NCBI GenBank assembly: GCA_009839685.1
Contig: VXPC01000014.1
Coordinates: 6,928-70,927 of the forward strand
Reading direction: 5' to 3'
DNA from: Candidatus Saccharimonadota bacterium
GTDB taxonomy: Bacteria; Patescibacteriota; Saccharimonadia; Saccharimonadales; VXPC01
DNA: 64,000 bases
Part shown: in pieces, positions 28,174 to 37,111 of the stretch
How the letters are laid out: the number at the start of each line of letters is the position of its first letter
Position numbering within the stretch: the first letter of the stretch is position 1
Translations under genes and position numbers: made by a program
The notes under the pieces: model-generated
Database searches by the model: none
What the model was told of the DNA's origin: nothing
Seen by the model: the letters and a program-made list of their open reading frames with translations, nothing else

Positions 28174-29178
28174 TTAGAAGTCGGCCGAGACGGCCGCTTC
28201 GACCGTCTCAAAGATCGCGCCGTTGCCGCCCTTCTTCTCCTTCAGCCACCACTCCGCTCCGCTCAGGTAAATTGTTCTGATCCCCGTCCGCTTGGCGTAA
28301 GCCAGCCGGCTCTCGAGCGTGTCGGTTGTCAAATCCCCTCCCCCGGCCGGCTCGGCGTTGAGGCTTCTGATGAAGATCCGGCTCTCAGAATGCAGCAGTT
28401 TCAAGTTGCCGGCCGAGAAACTGTAATAGCTGGCCAGCGGCGTCGGTTTGAACAAGCCTTCGAAGAAACCGCGATTGTCGGGGTAGAGGTCGAGCTTGAG
28501 GCCGAAGGCGTCGGGGGCGGGTCGGAGCCGGCGGAAGGCGGCCCAATTGTTCGGCCGGCTGACGGCGATTTCTTTGTCCGTCAGCTCGTCCAGATGGCGG
28601 TAGAGTTCGGCCAAGTCCTCCCTGTCCAGCTGCCGGGCGCAAGCCGCCGCCTTGGCGGCGAAGATCTCGGGCTCCAAATGGTAGCCGACGAGATTGACGG
28701 CATCGTCGACTTTCTCAACGACCCGGCGGACGTATTCTTTGAGGCGGAGCTTGAATTCGGCTGCCTCCAGCTCGGCTGTCCACGGCGGCGCGTAACAGCG
28801 GCCCGGTCGGGCTTGGTGCAAGCCGATTTGCAGCTCGACGGCCACGTTGCGGCTTCTGGCGGCCGCGATTTGCCGCTCCAAGGTTTCGAAATCATACAGC
28901 CCGGCCGAGGGTTCGACAGCCGTCCATTCGCTGCTCAGCTGGACGCGCTTGAAAGGTATTTGGCCGAGCAGCTCGTCCAGGTCCTCGACCGGGTCGAGTT
29001 CCATCCGCCGGGCTTGGTCGGTCGACCAAACGACCCCCCAGGCGGTCGGTTGGTCGCCTTGCCGATAGCCGTACCAGGCGCCGATGCCCCAAATCAGGCC
29101 GAAAACGATGGCCGCCGTCACGGCCAAGCCGACCAGCAAGCTAATCAGATTGCTCAGCCGCCGCAGCCATTTGAACAT
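28174..29178 (-). CDS. membrane-anchored putative TIM-barrel glycoside hydrolase-like protein
   Basis: N-terminal TM (LISLLVGLAVTAAIVFGLIWGI) followed by a domain with alternating beta/alpha character. Family call is weak. Confidence 0.35.
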   Translation of the reverse strand: MFKWLRRLSNLISLLVGLAVTAAIVFGLIWGIGAWYGYRQGDQPTAWGVVWSTDQARRMELDPVEDLDELLGQIPFKRVQLSSEWTAVEPSAGLYDFETLERQIAAARSRNVAVELQIGLHQARPGRCYAPPWTAELEAAEFKLRLKEYVRRVVEKVDDAVNLVGYHLEPEIFAAKAAACARQLDREDLAELYRHLDELTDKEIAVSRPNNWAAFRRLRPAPDAFGLKLDLYPDNRGFFEGLFKPTPLASYYSFSAGNLKLLHSESRIFIRSLNAEPAGGGDLTTDTLESRLAYAKRTGIRTIYLSGAEWWLKEKKGGNGAIFETVEAAVSADF

Positions 29179-29180
29179 GG

Positions 29181-29444
29181 TTATTTGATCAGTTTGAACT
29201 TTCTCAAGCAGTCGTCCAGCTGGCCTTTTTGCCAGCCGAGAACGAATTCCGACTCGCCGAACAGCGTCAGCGGCACGCCGGTCGTGCCGGTGCTCTTGAC
29301 CAGCCACTCGGCGGCTTCCCGGTCGGCACTGACATCGACTTCCTCAAAAGCGACGCCCAAAGCTTCCAAGTAGGCCTTGACCACCCGGCAAAAGCCGCAG
29401 TCCGGCGTGGTGAAGACCTTGACGGTTATCCGCCCTTCAGCCAT
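29181..29444 (-). CDS. glutaredoxin-like (NrdH/Grx family) small redox protein
   Basis: ITVKVFTTPDCGFCRVVKAYL (CxxC) ... GTTGVPLTLF (cis-Pro region). Confidence 0.65.
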   Translation of the reverse strand: MAEGRITVKVFTTPDCGFCRVVKAYLEALGVAFEEVDVSADREAAEWLVKSTGTTGVPLTLFGESEFVLGWQKGQLDDCLRKFKLIK

Positions 29445-29799
29445 TCTCGCCACCCTTCGCCTTACCGGACTTAATTTTGACCAGCAGGATATGCGCCAGC
29501 ATCAAGAAACCGGCGTTGAGCAGGGTGACGGCGGCCAGCGGCCGGCCGGCGCTCAGCGGCACCGACGCGACTATGTTGGCGAGTGCGAAACCGGCTTGTG
29601 CCGGAATTTTCGTCTTCCCATTTTTCAGGACATAAGCTTGGACGAGGAAAAAAACCGCCCAAGCGACCAGCGCGCCGATTAAGATTGCCGCGTCGGTTTC
29701 CAGGTGATGGGACAAAGACATGCCGCCGCTTTGGTGTTCGACTCCGGCGTGCCCGGCCACGGTTGGTAAAAATGACATCATCGGTCTATATATTAACAC
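29437..29799 (-). CDS. small integral membrane protein
   Basis: Three hydrophobic helices. Overlaps the grx start by a few codons. Confidence 0.4.
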   Translation of the reverse strand: MLIYRPMMSFLPTVAGHAGVEHQSGGMSLSHHLETDAAILIGALVAWAVFFLVQAYVLKNGKTKIPAQAGFALANIVASVPLSAGRPLAAVTLLNAGFLMLAHILLVKIKSGKAKGGENG

Positions 29800-29822
29800 G
29801 AAGCCTTCGGCGGCCGAGCGGC

Positions 29823-31130
29823 TCAGGCTTTGAAAATGCTGCCGACCTGGCCGTACAGTTCGCCGGCAATCGCTGCGGGATCAGCGCCCAGCAAGCCGAA
29901 ACACCACTTGCCACTGGAAAAAAACCGTCGGTAGGTGTCAAGAACTTGCTCTCTGGTTATGGCGGGCAGCATTTTCTCGTACATGTCATAATCCTCATAG
30001 GTTTCGTCTTCGTGGTGGATGATGTACTCTTCATAATGGTTGATGAGCCTAGCGGTGCTCAACTCTTTCCGGCTGTAACCGCCCGCCAATCTCCGCTTGA
30101 TGTCTCGCAACTCCTTATCGCTCAGCCCTCCGTCCAGAACCCGGCGCACTTCTCTTGCTACCAGCTCAAGCAATGCCGGCGCGTTAGTCCTCTCCACGCT
30201 GCCGCCGAAATCCAATTCGGAATCTAAGGAATCCCAGCTGCTGCCGATGCCGTACGTCAGCCCCCTCTCTCTGGCCTGGCCGTTAATCCGGGAGGCCAAG
30301 CTGTAGCCGCCGGAGCCGATCAGCAGTTCGTGGATGACTGACAAACTGACCCTTTCCTCAAAGGACAGCGGCCGACCATCGCCTTTGGAAACATTCAACT
30401 CGAAGTACATTTTACCGGCTGCCCGGTTATCGACGACGACCGGTGCTTCTACCGACTGAAAAGGCGGATGGACGCGGCTGAACCTTTTTCCGGCGCCCTC
30501 CCCCAGCTCCCAATCGGTCAAAAGGGCTTTCAAAGCCTTTTCCTTGCCGGTCAGATCGCCGACGATTACGAAACGCATGTTGGCCGCGAAGTGCGTCCGG
30601 GCATAAAACCGCTTCAAATCCTCCAAGTCCAGATTATCCAGCAATTTGACGCGTTTCTCAGGCACCAAGTCGATGCCGCGGCAAGCCTTGATGATTTCCA
30701 TGCCGATTATGCGGGCGTAATTGTCCAAGTGGCCGGTCAGCTCTTCGCTGATGACTTTCATTTCGGTCTTGAAATGCTCGGCTGAAAGGAGCGGTTTGCT
30801 GATTGCCAGCGTCAGCAGCTTGAGTACCCTTTCCCATTCGAAATCGGCGCAGCTGGCGATGTATTGGATGTCGTGCCCGCCGGTGGCGGCATTCAGGTCG
30901 GCGCCGTTCTTGCACACCTCCATCACAAAGTCTTTTTCTTCGCGGTAAACCTCATTGGCTTTTAAAACCATATGCTCCAGCGCGTGGGCGATTTCCGGCT
31001 TATCGGGCGGGCACAGCAAGGTGCCGCCCATAAAGCCTAGCGAAAAACGCATCACTTTGGCGCCTTTGACGTCGACCAGCAGGCCCTTGGCCCCGTTGGC
31101 CAACTCGACTTCCTTGACTTCATACTTCAT
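29823..31130 (-). CDS. M16 (pitrilysin/insulinase) family metallopeptidase
   Basis: Inverted zinc motif HxxEH (IAHALEHMVLK) near the N-terminus, 435 aa. Confidence 0.75.
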   Translation of the reverse strand: MKYEVKEVELANGAKGLLVDVKGAKVMRFSLGFMGGTLLCPPDKPEIAHALEHMVLKANEVYREEKDFVMEVCKNGADLNAATGGHDIQYIASCADFEWERVLKLLTLAISKPLLSAEHFKTEMKVISEELTGHLDNYARIIGMEIIKACRGIDLVPEKRVKLLDNLDLEDLKRFYARTHFAANMRFVIVGDLTGKEKALKALLTDWELGEGAGKRFSRVHPPFQSVEAPVVVDNRAAGKMYFELNVSKGDGRPLSFEERVSLSVIHELLIGSGGYSLASRINGQARERGLTYGIGSSWDSLDSELDFGGSVERTNAPALLELVAREVRRVLDGGLSDKELRDIKRRLAGGYSRKELSTARLINHYEEYIIHHEDETYEDYDMYEKMLPAITREQVLDTYRRFFSSGKWCFGLLGADPAAIAGELYGQVGSIFKA

Positions 31131-31224
31131 AGCGGCTCTTCCAAATCGTTACTCGCGACATTATAGCACGCGATCCGCCCGAGAGCCCGGCGGTCGTGTA
31201 TAATCATGAGGAGATATAGGTTTT

Positions 31225-31854
31225 ATGAAAATCGACTTCAAAGGACTGCTGGCGACAAAGACTTTCTGGTGGAACTCGTTGCTTTTCGTCTTCTTCTGCT
31301 GGCTGGTCTTCTTCCGATTGCTGGTCTTCGGTTCCCAGACGGGCGTCCACTACCACGCCGACTTTATGATCCACATACACGGCCAGCCCCAGACATTGGA
31401 CAATTTCTCCTTTTACGAGGAGACCTCGGCCTGCGGCAGCCAGTACCGCGACGATCCGGTTTCCCGGGTGCACCTGCACGACAACGTCAACCACGTCATC
31501 CACGTCCATGACCGGGCCTCGACTTACGGACATCTGATGGCCAATTTAGGCTTCAGCCTTTCCGGCAGCGTCCTGCAGACCAGGCAGGAGGTTTACGTCG
31601 ACGGTCAGGGCGGCCAGTTGCGCTTCATCCTCAACGGCGAAGAAGCTTACGATGTCGCCAACCGGACAATCGGCGACCAAGACGTCTTGCTGATAGATTT
31701 CAGCAATGACGGGATCGACGAGTTGCACCGTCGCTACGCGGCGATTCCGAGGGGGGCGGCGGAAGCCAACGAGCTGCAGGATCCGGCCGCTTGCGCCGGC
31801 GACGGCGAGCGCGAATCTTTCTTCCAGCAGGTCAAGGACGCCTTCACTCTCTGA
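31225..31854 (+). CDS. His-rich membrane-anchored protein
   Basis: N-terminal TM, then HYHADFMIHIHGQ...VHLHDNVNHVIHVHD, a candidate metal-binding His cluster. Confidence 0.5.
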   Translation: MKIDFKGLLATKTFWWNSLLFVFFCWLVFFRLLVFGSQTGVHYHADFMIHIHGQPQTLDNFSFYEETSACGSQYRDDPVSRVHLHDNVNHVIHVHDRASTYGHLMANLGFSLSGSVLQTRQEVYVDGQGGQLRFILNGEEAYDVANRTIGDQDVLLIDFSNDGIDELHRRYAAIPRGAAEANELQDPAACAGDGERESFFQQVKDAFTL

Positions 31855-31864
31855 CCTTTCAGGC

Positions 31865-32557
31865 ATGAAGCGCTGGGAAATCCTGATTTGGGTCCTCTTG
31901 GCCGCTTTGGCGGTCTGGGCCGTCTTCCATTTCGCATCCGACTCGGAGGAAGGGCGCCCGCCGGCTACCGCGACGGTCAATCCCAACGCCCGTCTGGCCG
32001 GCAGCGGCTCCCCCCTGCCTGCGCCCGCTTGGGAGGATCTGGTCGTCGAGCAGCAGCAATTCGACGGCCGGATCTTTGTCTTGAGTTACGACATAGAGAG
32101 CGGCAACTGGCAGCTTGATTTCTTCCAGCAGGGCAGCCAGAGCCTGCGCTATATCGCCGAGGCCGGCATCTTCCTCTACTACAACGTCGCGGAAACCGTT
32201 TGGGACGAGGTCGACCCAAACCTGTTGCACGATGAAATCCGCCAGCTGACGGATATCGATGACATCATCTTGTCGGCCAGCCAGCTGGACGCTTTCAGCC
32301 GGCTGGCGGTCGAGGACAAATCGGCCGGCTGCAGCCAGGATACCGCGGCGCTGTGCGCTGTCTGGACGGCCAGAAGCTTTGCCGGCGCCGAAGAAGTCGT
32401 CATCTATGTCAACAAGCAGACCCGCAAGATAGACCACATCGTGACCCTCAATCCGGCCGATCCTGCCTCGGGGGCCATAGTTACCAATTATTATTACCGG
32501 CCGGTCGAGATCGGCCTGCCGCCGCTGGGAGAGGTGCGTTTCTTGGCCGATGGGTAA
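31865..32557 (+). CDS. hypothetical membrane-anchored protein (likely co-transcribed with 31225..31854)
   Basis: Start MKRWEILIWVLLAALAVWAVF (TM), 10 nt after the upstream stop. Confidence 0.5.
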   Translation: MKRWEILIWVLLAALAVWAVFHFASDSEEGRPPATATVNPNARLAGSGSPLPAPAWEDLVVEQQQFDGRIFVLSYDIESGNWQLDFFQQGSQSLRYIAEAGIFLYYNVAETVWDEVDPNLLHDEIRQLTDIDDIILSASQLDAFSRLAVEDKSAGCSQDTAALCAVWTARSFAGAEEVVIYVNKQTRKIDHIVTLNPADPASGAIVTNYYYRPVEIGLPPLGEVRFLADG

Positions 32558-32639
32558 AAGTAGGTCGCGCCGCCGTTCCTAGCCACTCCCCTTGCCCGCT
32601 GGCAAGCGGTTCCATGCTTTGGCAGCCAGGCCGTTTCGG

Positions 32640-33209
32640 CTACTTGCGGCTTTTGGGCTTGAACTCGTGGAATTCGCCGGTATTGAGGAAAAACTGTTGC
32701 CGCCAAGGGGGTTTAAGCTGTTTGTCATAGAGGAAATGGCAGAACATCTGGAAGGTGTTGAGATGGGCGACGATCAAGACGTTTTGCTCCAGGTGCTCGG
32801 CGTGGATTTCCTGCCAAAAATCCTCGACCAGCTTCAAGGATTCGGCGATGCTTTGCCCGCCCTTGAACTTCTTGGTCAGCTTGTTCTTGCTCAGAAACAG
32901 CCGGACCAGCCAGATGAGGGCGAACTGGTTGTTGAAGCCGGTTTTAAACTCGGCTAGACGCTTGTCGATCTTGACTTTCAGCTTGGGGTCGGCCTGCTCG
33001 TTCTTGACGATTTCGGCCGTCTGGCGGCAGCGCGTCAGCGGCGAGCAGTAGATGATGTCCAGGTCCACCTCTTTTTTTATCTCCTTGGCGCTGTCCAGAG
33101 CTTCTTCCCGGCCTTGGCTGGTCAGGTTGGAGACGCGTTGGTCGGTCTCGTTGATAATCAGGAACCGGTTGTGTTCGGCTTGGCCGTGGCGGATGAAAAA
33201 CAGGCGCAT
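32640..33209 (-). CDS. histidine phosphatase (phosphoglycerate mutase/SixA) family protein
   Basis: MRLFFIRHGQAEHN (RHG catalytic motif) ... LIVAHLNTFQ. Confidence 0.75.
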   Translation of the reverse strand: MRLFFIRHGQAEHNRFLIINETDQRVSNLTSQGREEALDSAKEIKKEVDLDIIYCSPLTRCRQTAEIVKNEQADPKLKVKIDKRLAEFKTGFNNQFALIWLVRLFLSKNKLTKKFKGGQSIAESLKLVEDFWQEIHAEHLEQNVLIVAHLNTFQMFCHFLYDKQLKPPWRQQFFLNTGEFHEFKPKSRK

Positions 33210-33355
33210 AATCCAGCTTGACCCCTCAGGGATGCATCTCAATCATAAATTCATACGCATTATATAACATGGCTCCGCCAAATACCTAACCGCCAGCAGT
33301 TGCCGGCCGGCCCGTTGGTGGTATAATTCAGGTCAAAGGCTGAGAGTTTCAAATT

Positions 33356-34291
33356 ATGGCCCAAGTCCCCAAGGTAATCAATGTCGGCAAACAGCATTCC
33401 GTCTACAGAGGCGAGGTCTACGAAGTCGACGCCCGCGGCGTTGTCGGCCGCCACGACGCCGACAAGGGCTTGGCAGCCAGGAAGAACCGGACCGTCAGCA
33501 AGATAGTCGCCATCTACAGCGAGGTCCTGAACAACGACCTGACTCCCTCCCACCGCCTCCAGGTCATGGACGAGCAAGACGTCAAGCGGGCCATCCGGGA
33601 GGCCAAGGACAGGGGCAAACGGCCGACCGAGAGGAGCTTGAAGTACGCCGCCAAAGCCAAGGCGATTCTGAAGGTCGAGTTTCACGACCTCAGTTCCCCT
33701 ACCCCGCCGGCCAAGCCGCTGTTTAAGAACCGGTCGCTGGAGAGGATCAAGTTCTTTATCTGGCTGCCGATTGCCGCTTTGGGCGGCCAGCTGATCGTCG
33801 TGGCGGTCAGCGATACGGGTTTGGTCGATACGGCCGGCGTCACGCCGACGATTGCCGTCCTCTACTGGCTGGGCTGGATGGTTTACTTGGCAACCGTTTT
33901 CCGCGCGTTCGGCTGGCTGCTGGATCTCAGCTACGAAATCAAGCAGAATAAAGCGATCAAGCTGAATATTCCGGACCCGAAGAGCTTCATTCTGGCTCTG
34001 GCCGTTATCTTGGCCGGCAGCATAGTCGACCTCGCTTTCAACGGCAACGTCGAGGCCGGCGTCAGGATTTTCTCCATCGTTCTCTGGGGAACCGGCGGCG
34101 CCATGTGGCTGCTGCTGCTCGGCCGCTTCTTCCAGTGCGTCGGCCGGTTGATCGGCTCATCGAGGTGGATGGGCTTCGTGCTCGCCCTGCCCTTCGCCCT
34201 CCTGCCCATATCGGCCCATGTCTCAATGCTTTACCTCCAGCGCCGGCTCAACTTGCTGGACAAGAACAAGATGAACTTCTTGGTCGGCTGA
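33356..34291 (+). CDS. hypothetical polytopic membrane protein with about 120-aa cytoplasmic N-terminal domain
   Basis: Charged N-terminus followed by at least 5 hydrophobic helices. Confidence 0.5.
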   Translation: MAQVPKVINVGKQHSVYRGEVYEVDARGVVGRHDADKGLAARKNRTVSKIVAIYSEVLNNDLTPSHRLQVMDEQDVKRAIREAKDRGKRPTERSLKYAAKAKAILKVEFHDLSSPTPPAKPLFKNRSLERIKFFIWLPIAALGGQLIVVAVSDTGLVDTAGVTPTIAVLYWLGWMVYLATVFRAFGWLLDLSYEIKQNKAIKLNIPDPKSFILALAVILAGSIVDLAFNGNVEAGVRIFSIVLWGTGGAMWLLLLGRFFQCVGRLIGSSRWMGFVLALPFALLPISAHVSMLYLQRRLNLLDKNKMNFLVG

Positions 34292-34309
34292 AACCCGGCC
34301 GGCCGCCGG

Positions 34310-34822
34310 TCAGCTATACCGCTGCTGCTTGGTTCTGGCTGACTCCAGCCGCCGGCCGATAAGTTCGCAATCTTCCGTCAGGCTGTCCCGGCGGGTTGCC
34401 AGTTCATTAACCAGCCACTGCCGTTTGGCGGCCACTTGCCGTATAATTGCCCGGTCGCCCGTTTCCCCGGCCGCCTTGGCAGCGGCCAGCAATTTGTCCA
34501 GTTCGGCTGCCTCCCCGCTCAGAGACGCCTCCGTCTGCGCCAGCAGCCGTTCCGTCATGGTCAGCCGCAGCTCCAGAATAGCAATTTCCTTCCTTACCGC
34601 TTGCCGGCGGTGCTTTTGGTATTCGGGCGTAATGCCTACGTGAGCGACGCTGCCGTCCGCCAGCTCAACCGCCTCCACGGCAGCCAAGTCCAGCGCCGCC
34701 GCCTGCTCTTCAAACCGTTCCAAATCGTCCGGCAGTATGACTACCGGCCGGTGCGGACCGTCGGCCGGGTTCTCCGGCTGAGTATGCCAGAGCGGGGTGA
34801 ACGTTTCGTAATCTCGGCTCAT
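34310..34822 (-). CDS. hypothetical coiled-coil protein
   Basis: ORF with heptad-like Ala/Leu/Glu-rich segments and no known motifs. Confidence 0.45.
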   Translation of the reverse strand: MSRDYETFTPLWHTQPENPADGPHRPVVILPDDLERFEEQAAALDLAAVEAVELADGSVAHVGITPEYQKHRRQAVRKEIAILELRLTMTERLLAQTEASLSGEAAELDKLLAAAKAAGETGDRAIIRQVAAKRQWLVNELATRRDSLTEDCELIGRRLESARTKQQRYS

Positions 34823-34994
34823 AATCCAGTTATTATAAATTCAATATCGACCTGGCTCGCGGACTCTGAGTCAGATCGAACACTGAGGTCGTTTGTGCTG
34901 CAGATTGAAATTAGCCTAGAAGCTTCAACATTATTGTAAGCTATGCAAAGGTTCCCTGTAATCTTTTTCCGGGAAAGATCGGAACGGATAAACG

Positions 34995-35252
34995 CTATTC
35001 GTAAAGCTGGGAATGAGTCCCAATCAAAACGAAGGTAATGATGTCCTTGTCCCGCCTGAAAATTGCCCGCACGTCGCCCGAGATATTGATACTGAAGTAG
35101 CCCTGAAACTTCCCTTTGAGGGGATGTAGCCGCAAGCGCGGGTCTTTAGGGTCAGCCTTAAATATGCGCAATCTGCCGTCAACCTGATCTTGGAGCTTGG
35201 GAGCCAGCAGCTTATACTTCTTTTTGAACTCCCGGTTTGAACGAATTGTCAT
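34995..35252 (-). CDS. type II toxin, RelE/ParE superfamily (YafQ-like)
   Basis: 85 aa, KKKYKLLAPKLQDQVDGRLRIF...LRLHPLKGKFQGYFSINISGDVRAIFRRDKDIITFVLIGTHSQLY. Overlaps the upstream antitoxin by ATGA. Confidence 0.8.
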   Translation of the reverse strand: MTIRSNREFKKKYKLLAPKLQDQVDGRLRIFKADPKDPRLRLHPLKGKFQGYFSINISGDVRAIFRRDKDIITFVLIGTHSQLYE

Positions 35253-35518
35253 GACCGCAGGTCATTGATGAAATCGTCAACATCGTCAAATTCCGGGCCA
35301 ACCTCGCCTTTTTTAATTGATTCCTCAGCCTCTTCAAGCAACTTTTCAAGTTTGGGCGTCACTGGTTCGGGGGCATAAAGCTCGACATGGCGAGTGACAA
35401 TTACCTGCTTCAGATAACTGTTGATTAAGCTATTAAGGGTCAATCCCAGCTCCTGAGCCAGCTCCTGAGCTGCCTTTTTGGTGGCGGCGTCTGTTTTAAT
35501 GGTAATTACCTTGTTCAT
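35249..35518 (-). CDS. type II antitoxin, RelB/DinJ family
   Basis: MNKVITIKTDAATKKAAQELAQELGLTLNSLINSYLKQV is an RHH-type antitoxin N-terminus with an acidic C-terminal tail. Confidence 0.75.
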   Translation of the reverse strand: MNKVITIKTDAATKKAAQELAQELGLTLNSLINSYLKQVIVTRHVELYAPEPVTPKLEKLLEEAEESIKKGEVGPEFDDVDDFINDLRS

Positions 35519-35560
35519 AATACTTAATTATATACTAGGTATTACCTTGAAATCAATATT

Positions 35561-35634
35561 TGGCTCGGGGCCCAGGACTCGAACCTGGATTGCTGGGACC
35601 AAAACCCAGAGTCCTACCATTAGACGAACCCCGA
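35561..35634 (-). tRNA. tRNA-Gln (anticodon UUG)
   Basis: Hand-folded: acceptor TCGGGGT/GCCCCGA, D-arm GTCT/GGAC, anticodon stem CTGGG/CCCAG with loop TTTTGGT, T-arm CCAGG-TTCGAGT-CCTGG, encoded CCA. Confidence 0.85.
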
Positions 35635-35661
35635 TCAAAGCCGGCCTCGTTACGGATTATA

Positions 35662-36387
35662 TCATTTGGCCATGTGTCGCTTCGGTTCGGCCGAAGGATT
35701 TGCGGGGTAAGCGCGATACCAGTCGTCGTCCCTCGTGGCAACGTTGATTATCGCCCAGACATGGATACCCGCAGCCGCCAAGACAGCCGGGATGCCGATC
35801 CAAATCAAGATCAGGTCGACCGCCTTTGATTCAACAAAAATTGTCGACACGGGGACGGTTATTGCCGCGACCGCGACGACAAAGCCTAACCAGAATTTGC
35901 GCCTGTCTTTTTCGTAAGTGTACAACCAGGTATTGTAGGCGAACATCACGGCCGCCAAGACGGCCACAGTCCGGTTCAAGGGCCGGTGTCGGTAAAGCTT
36001 GTATTGTTTGGCCGGCTTGAGACTTCGGTCGAACAGCAGCCAGGCCCTGACCAACAGCACCGTTGAGGCGCCGGCGTAAGCGGCGTACAGGGATAAGCTT
36101 GGCCCGCGGTCCCAGGCCAAGTACCTGATGGTGTCCGCTAATTCGCCTAGGGACAAGCTTTCCCCGTAATTAACAAACGCCAGCAATTTGAGGTCACCGA
36201 GCAAAAAGGTAAAGATGGCCACCCAGGCAACCACTTCAAGCGCCAGTCCCGTCCATAGTCTGGCTTTATCCTTGTCATAGGTGTACAGCCAAGAGACAGG
36301 GCCGGCCGCCAGACCCAGCAAGATGGCTTCCCTCTTGTTCTTGCCGCCGGCCGGCGCCTTGGCCGGGTCTCTCGTTTTCTTAGCCAT
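35662..36387 (-). CDS. integral membrane protein with two WLYTYDKDK-motif repeats (paralog A)
   Basis: Repeats ILLGLAAGPVSWLYTYDKDKARLWTGLALE and AYNTWLYTYEKDRRKFWLGFVV. C-terminal WYRAYP. Confidence 0.55.
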   Translation of the reverse strand: MAKKTRDPAKAPAGGKNKREAILLGLAAGPVSWLYTYDKDKARLWTGLALEVVAWVAIFTFLLGDLKLLAFVNYGESLSLGELADTIRYLAWDRGPSLSLYAAYAGASTVLLVRAWLLFDRSLKPAKQYKLYRHRPLNRTVAVLAAVMFAYNTWLYTYEKDRRKFWLGFVVAVAAITVPVSTIFVESKAVDLILIWIGIPAVLAAAGIHVWAIINVATRDDDWYRAYPANPSAEPKRHMAK

Positions 36388-36394
36388 GGCTACC

Positions 36395-37078
36395 TCAATA
36401 ACGGTAGGGGTAGTCGCGGTACCACTCGGAACCCCTGATCGCGACATCGATTATTACCCAGATATAAATACCGAAGAGAGCCAGGCCAAACAGCAGGTCC
36501 AGCCCGACCAAGGTGGTCCCAGCTGATGCTTCCGCGGCTAATTCGGACAGGATGCTTAAGACGCCGCCCACTGCTGAAACGCCGAAAGCGAGCCAGAACT
36601 TAGCTTTGTCCTTGTCGTAAGTGTAGAGCCAGGCGATATAGGTCAGGAAAATCGCCAGCAGGATGGCCACGACCTGGCTGCGTGGCCGGCGGGGGTATCT
36701 GGCATACCACGCCGCCGGTTTGGCTAAATAATTGATCGCGACGACCAGCCTGGTCAGAAGCGGCAACGCGAATGTTCCGAGCAGGGCCCATTTCTGCCAA
36801 GCGGTGGTACGAACGATATCTATGATATCCCGGACTGTCGCCTCTTCCGCGTTGTAATCGTCGTAGTTGCCCGATGCTATGGCGATAATTAGCATGACGA
36901 TTATGGTCAGCCAAGCCAGGAATTCCAAGACCAAGCCCACCCACATCTTGACCTTGTCCCGGTCGTAGGTGTGAAGCCAGGCGATAGGCCCCATCGCCAG
37001 TCCGAGCAAAACGGCGTCGCCCTTGCTTTTTCTGATAGTTTCCGGCTGGACTGGAGCCGGAGCGTGCAGCGGTTCCAT
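36395..37078 (-). CDS. integral membrane protein with two WLYTYDKDK-motif repeats (paralog B)
   Basis: VLLGLAMGPIAWLHTYDRDKVKMWVGLVLE and YIAWLYTYDKDKAKFWLAFGV. C-terminal WYRDYP. Confidence 0.55.
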   Translation of the reverse strand: MEPLHAPAPVQPETIRKSKGDAVLLGLAMGPIAWLHTYDRDKVKMWVGLVLEFLAWLTIIVMLIIAIASGNYDDYNAEEATVRDIIDIVRTTAWQKWALLGTFALPLLTRLVVAINYLAKPAAWYARYPRRPRSQVVAILLAIFLTYIAWLYTYDKDKAKFWLAFGVSAVGGVLSILSELAAEASAGTTLVGLDLLFGLALFGIYIWVIIDVAIRGSEWYRDYPYRY

Positions 37079-37111
37079 TATTAAGCCGTATTATACACCG
37101 AACCCGGCGCG

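Noticed and set aside
28114-29373. 419-aa + ORF
   Set aside because: It is antisense to two well-formed minus genes (the GH-like protein and glutaredoxin). Its composition is low-complexity Arg/Ala/Gly.
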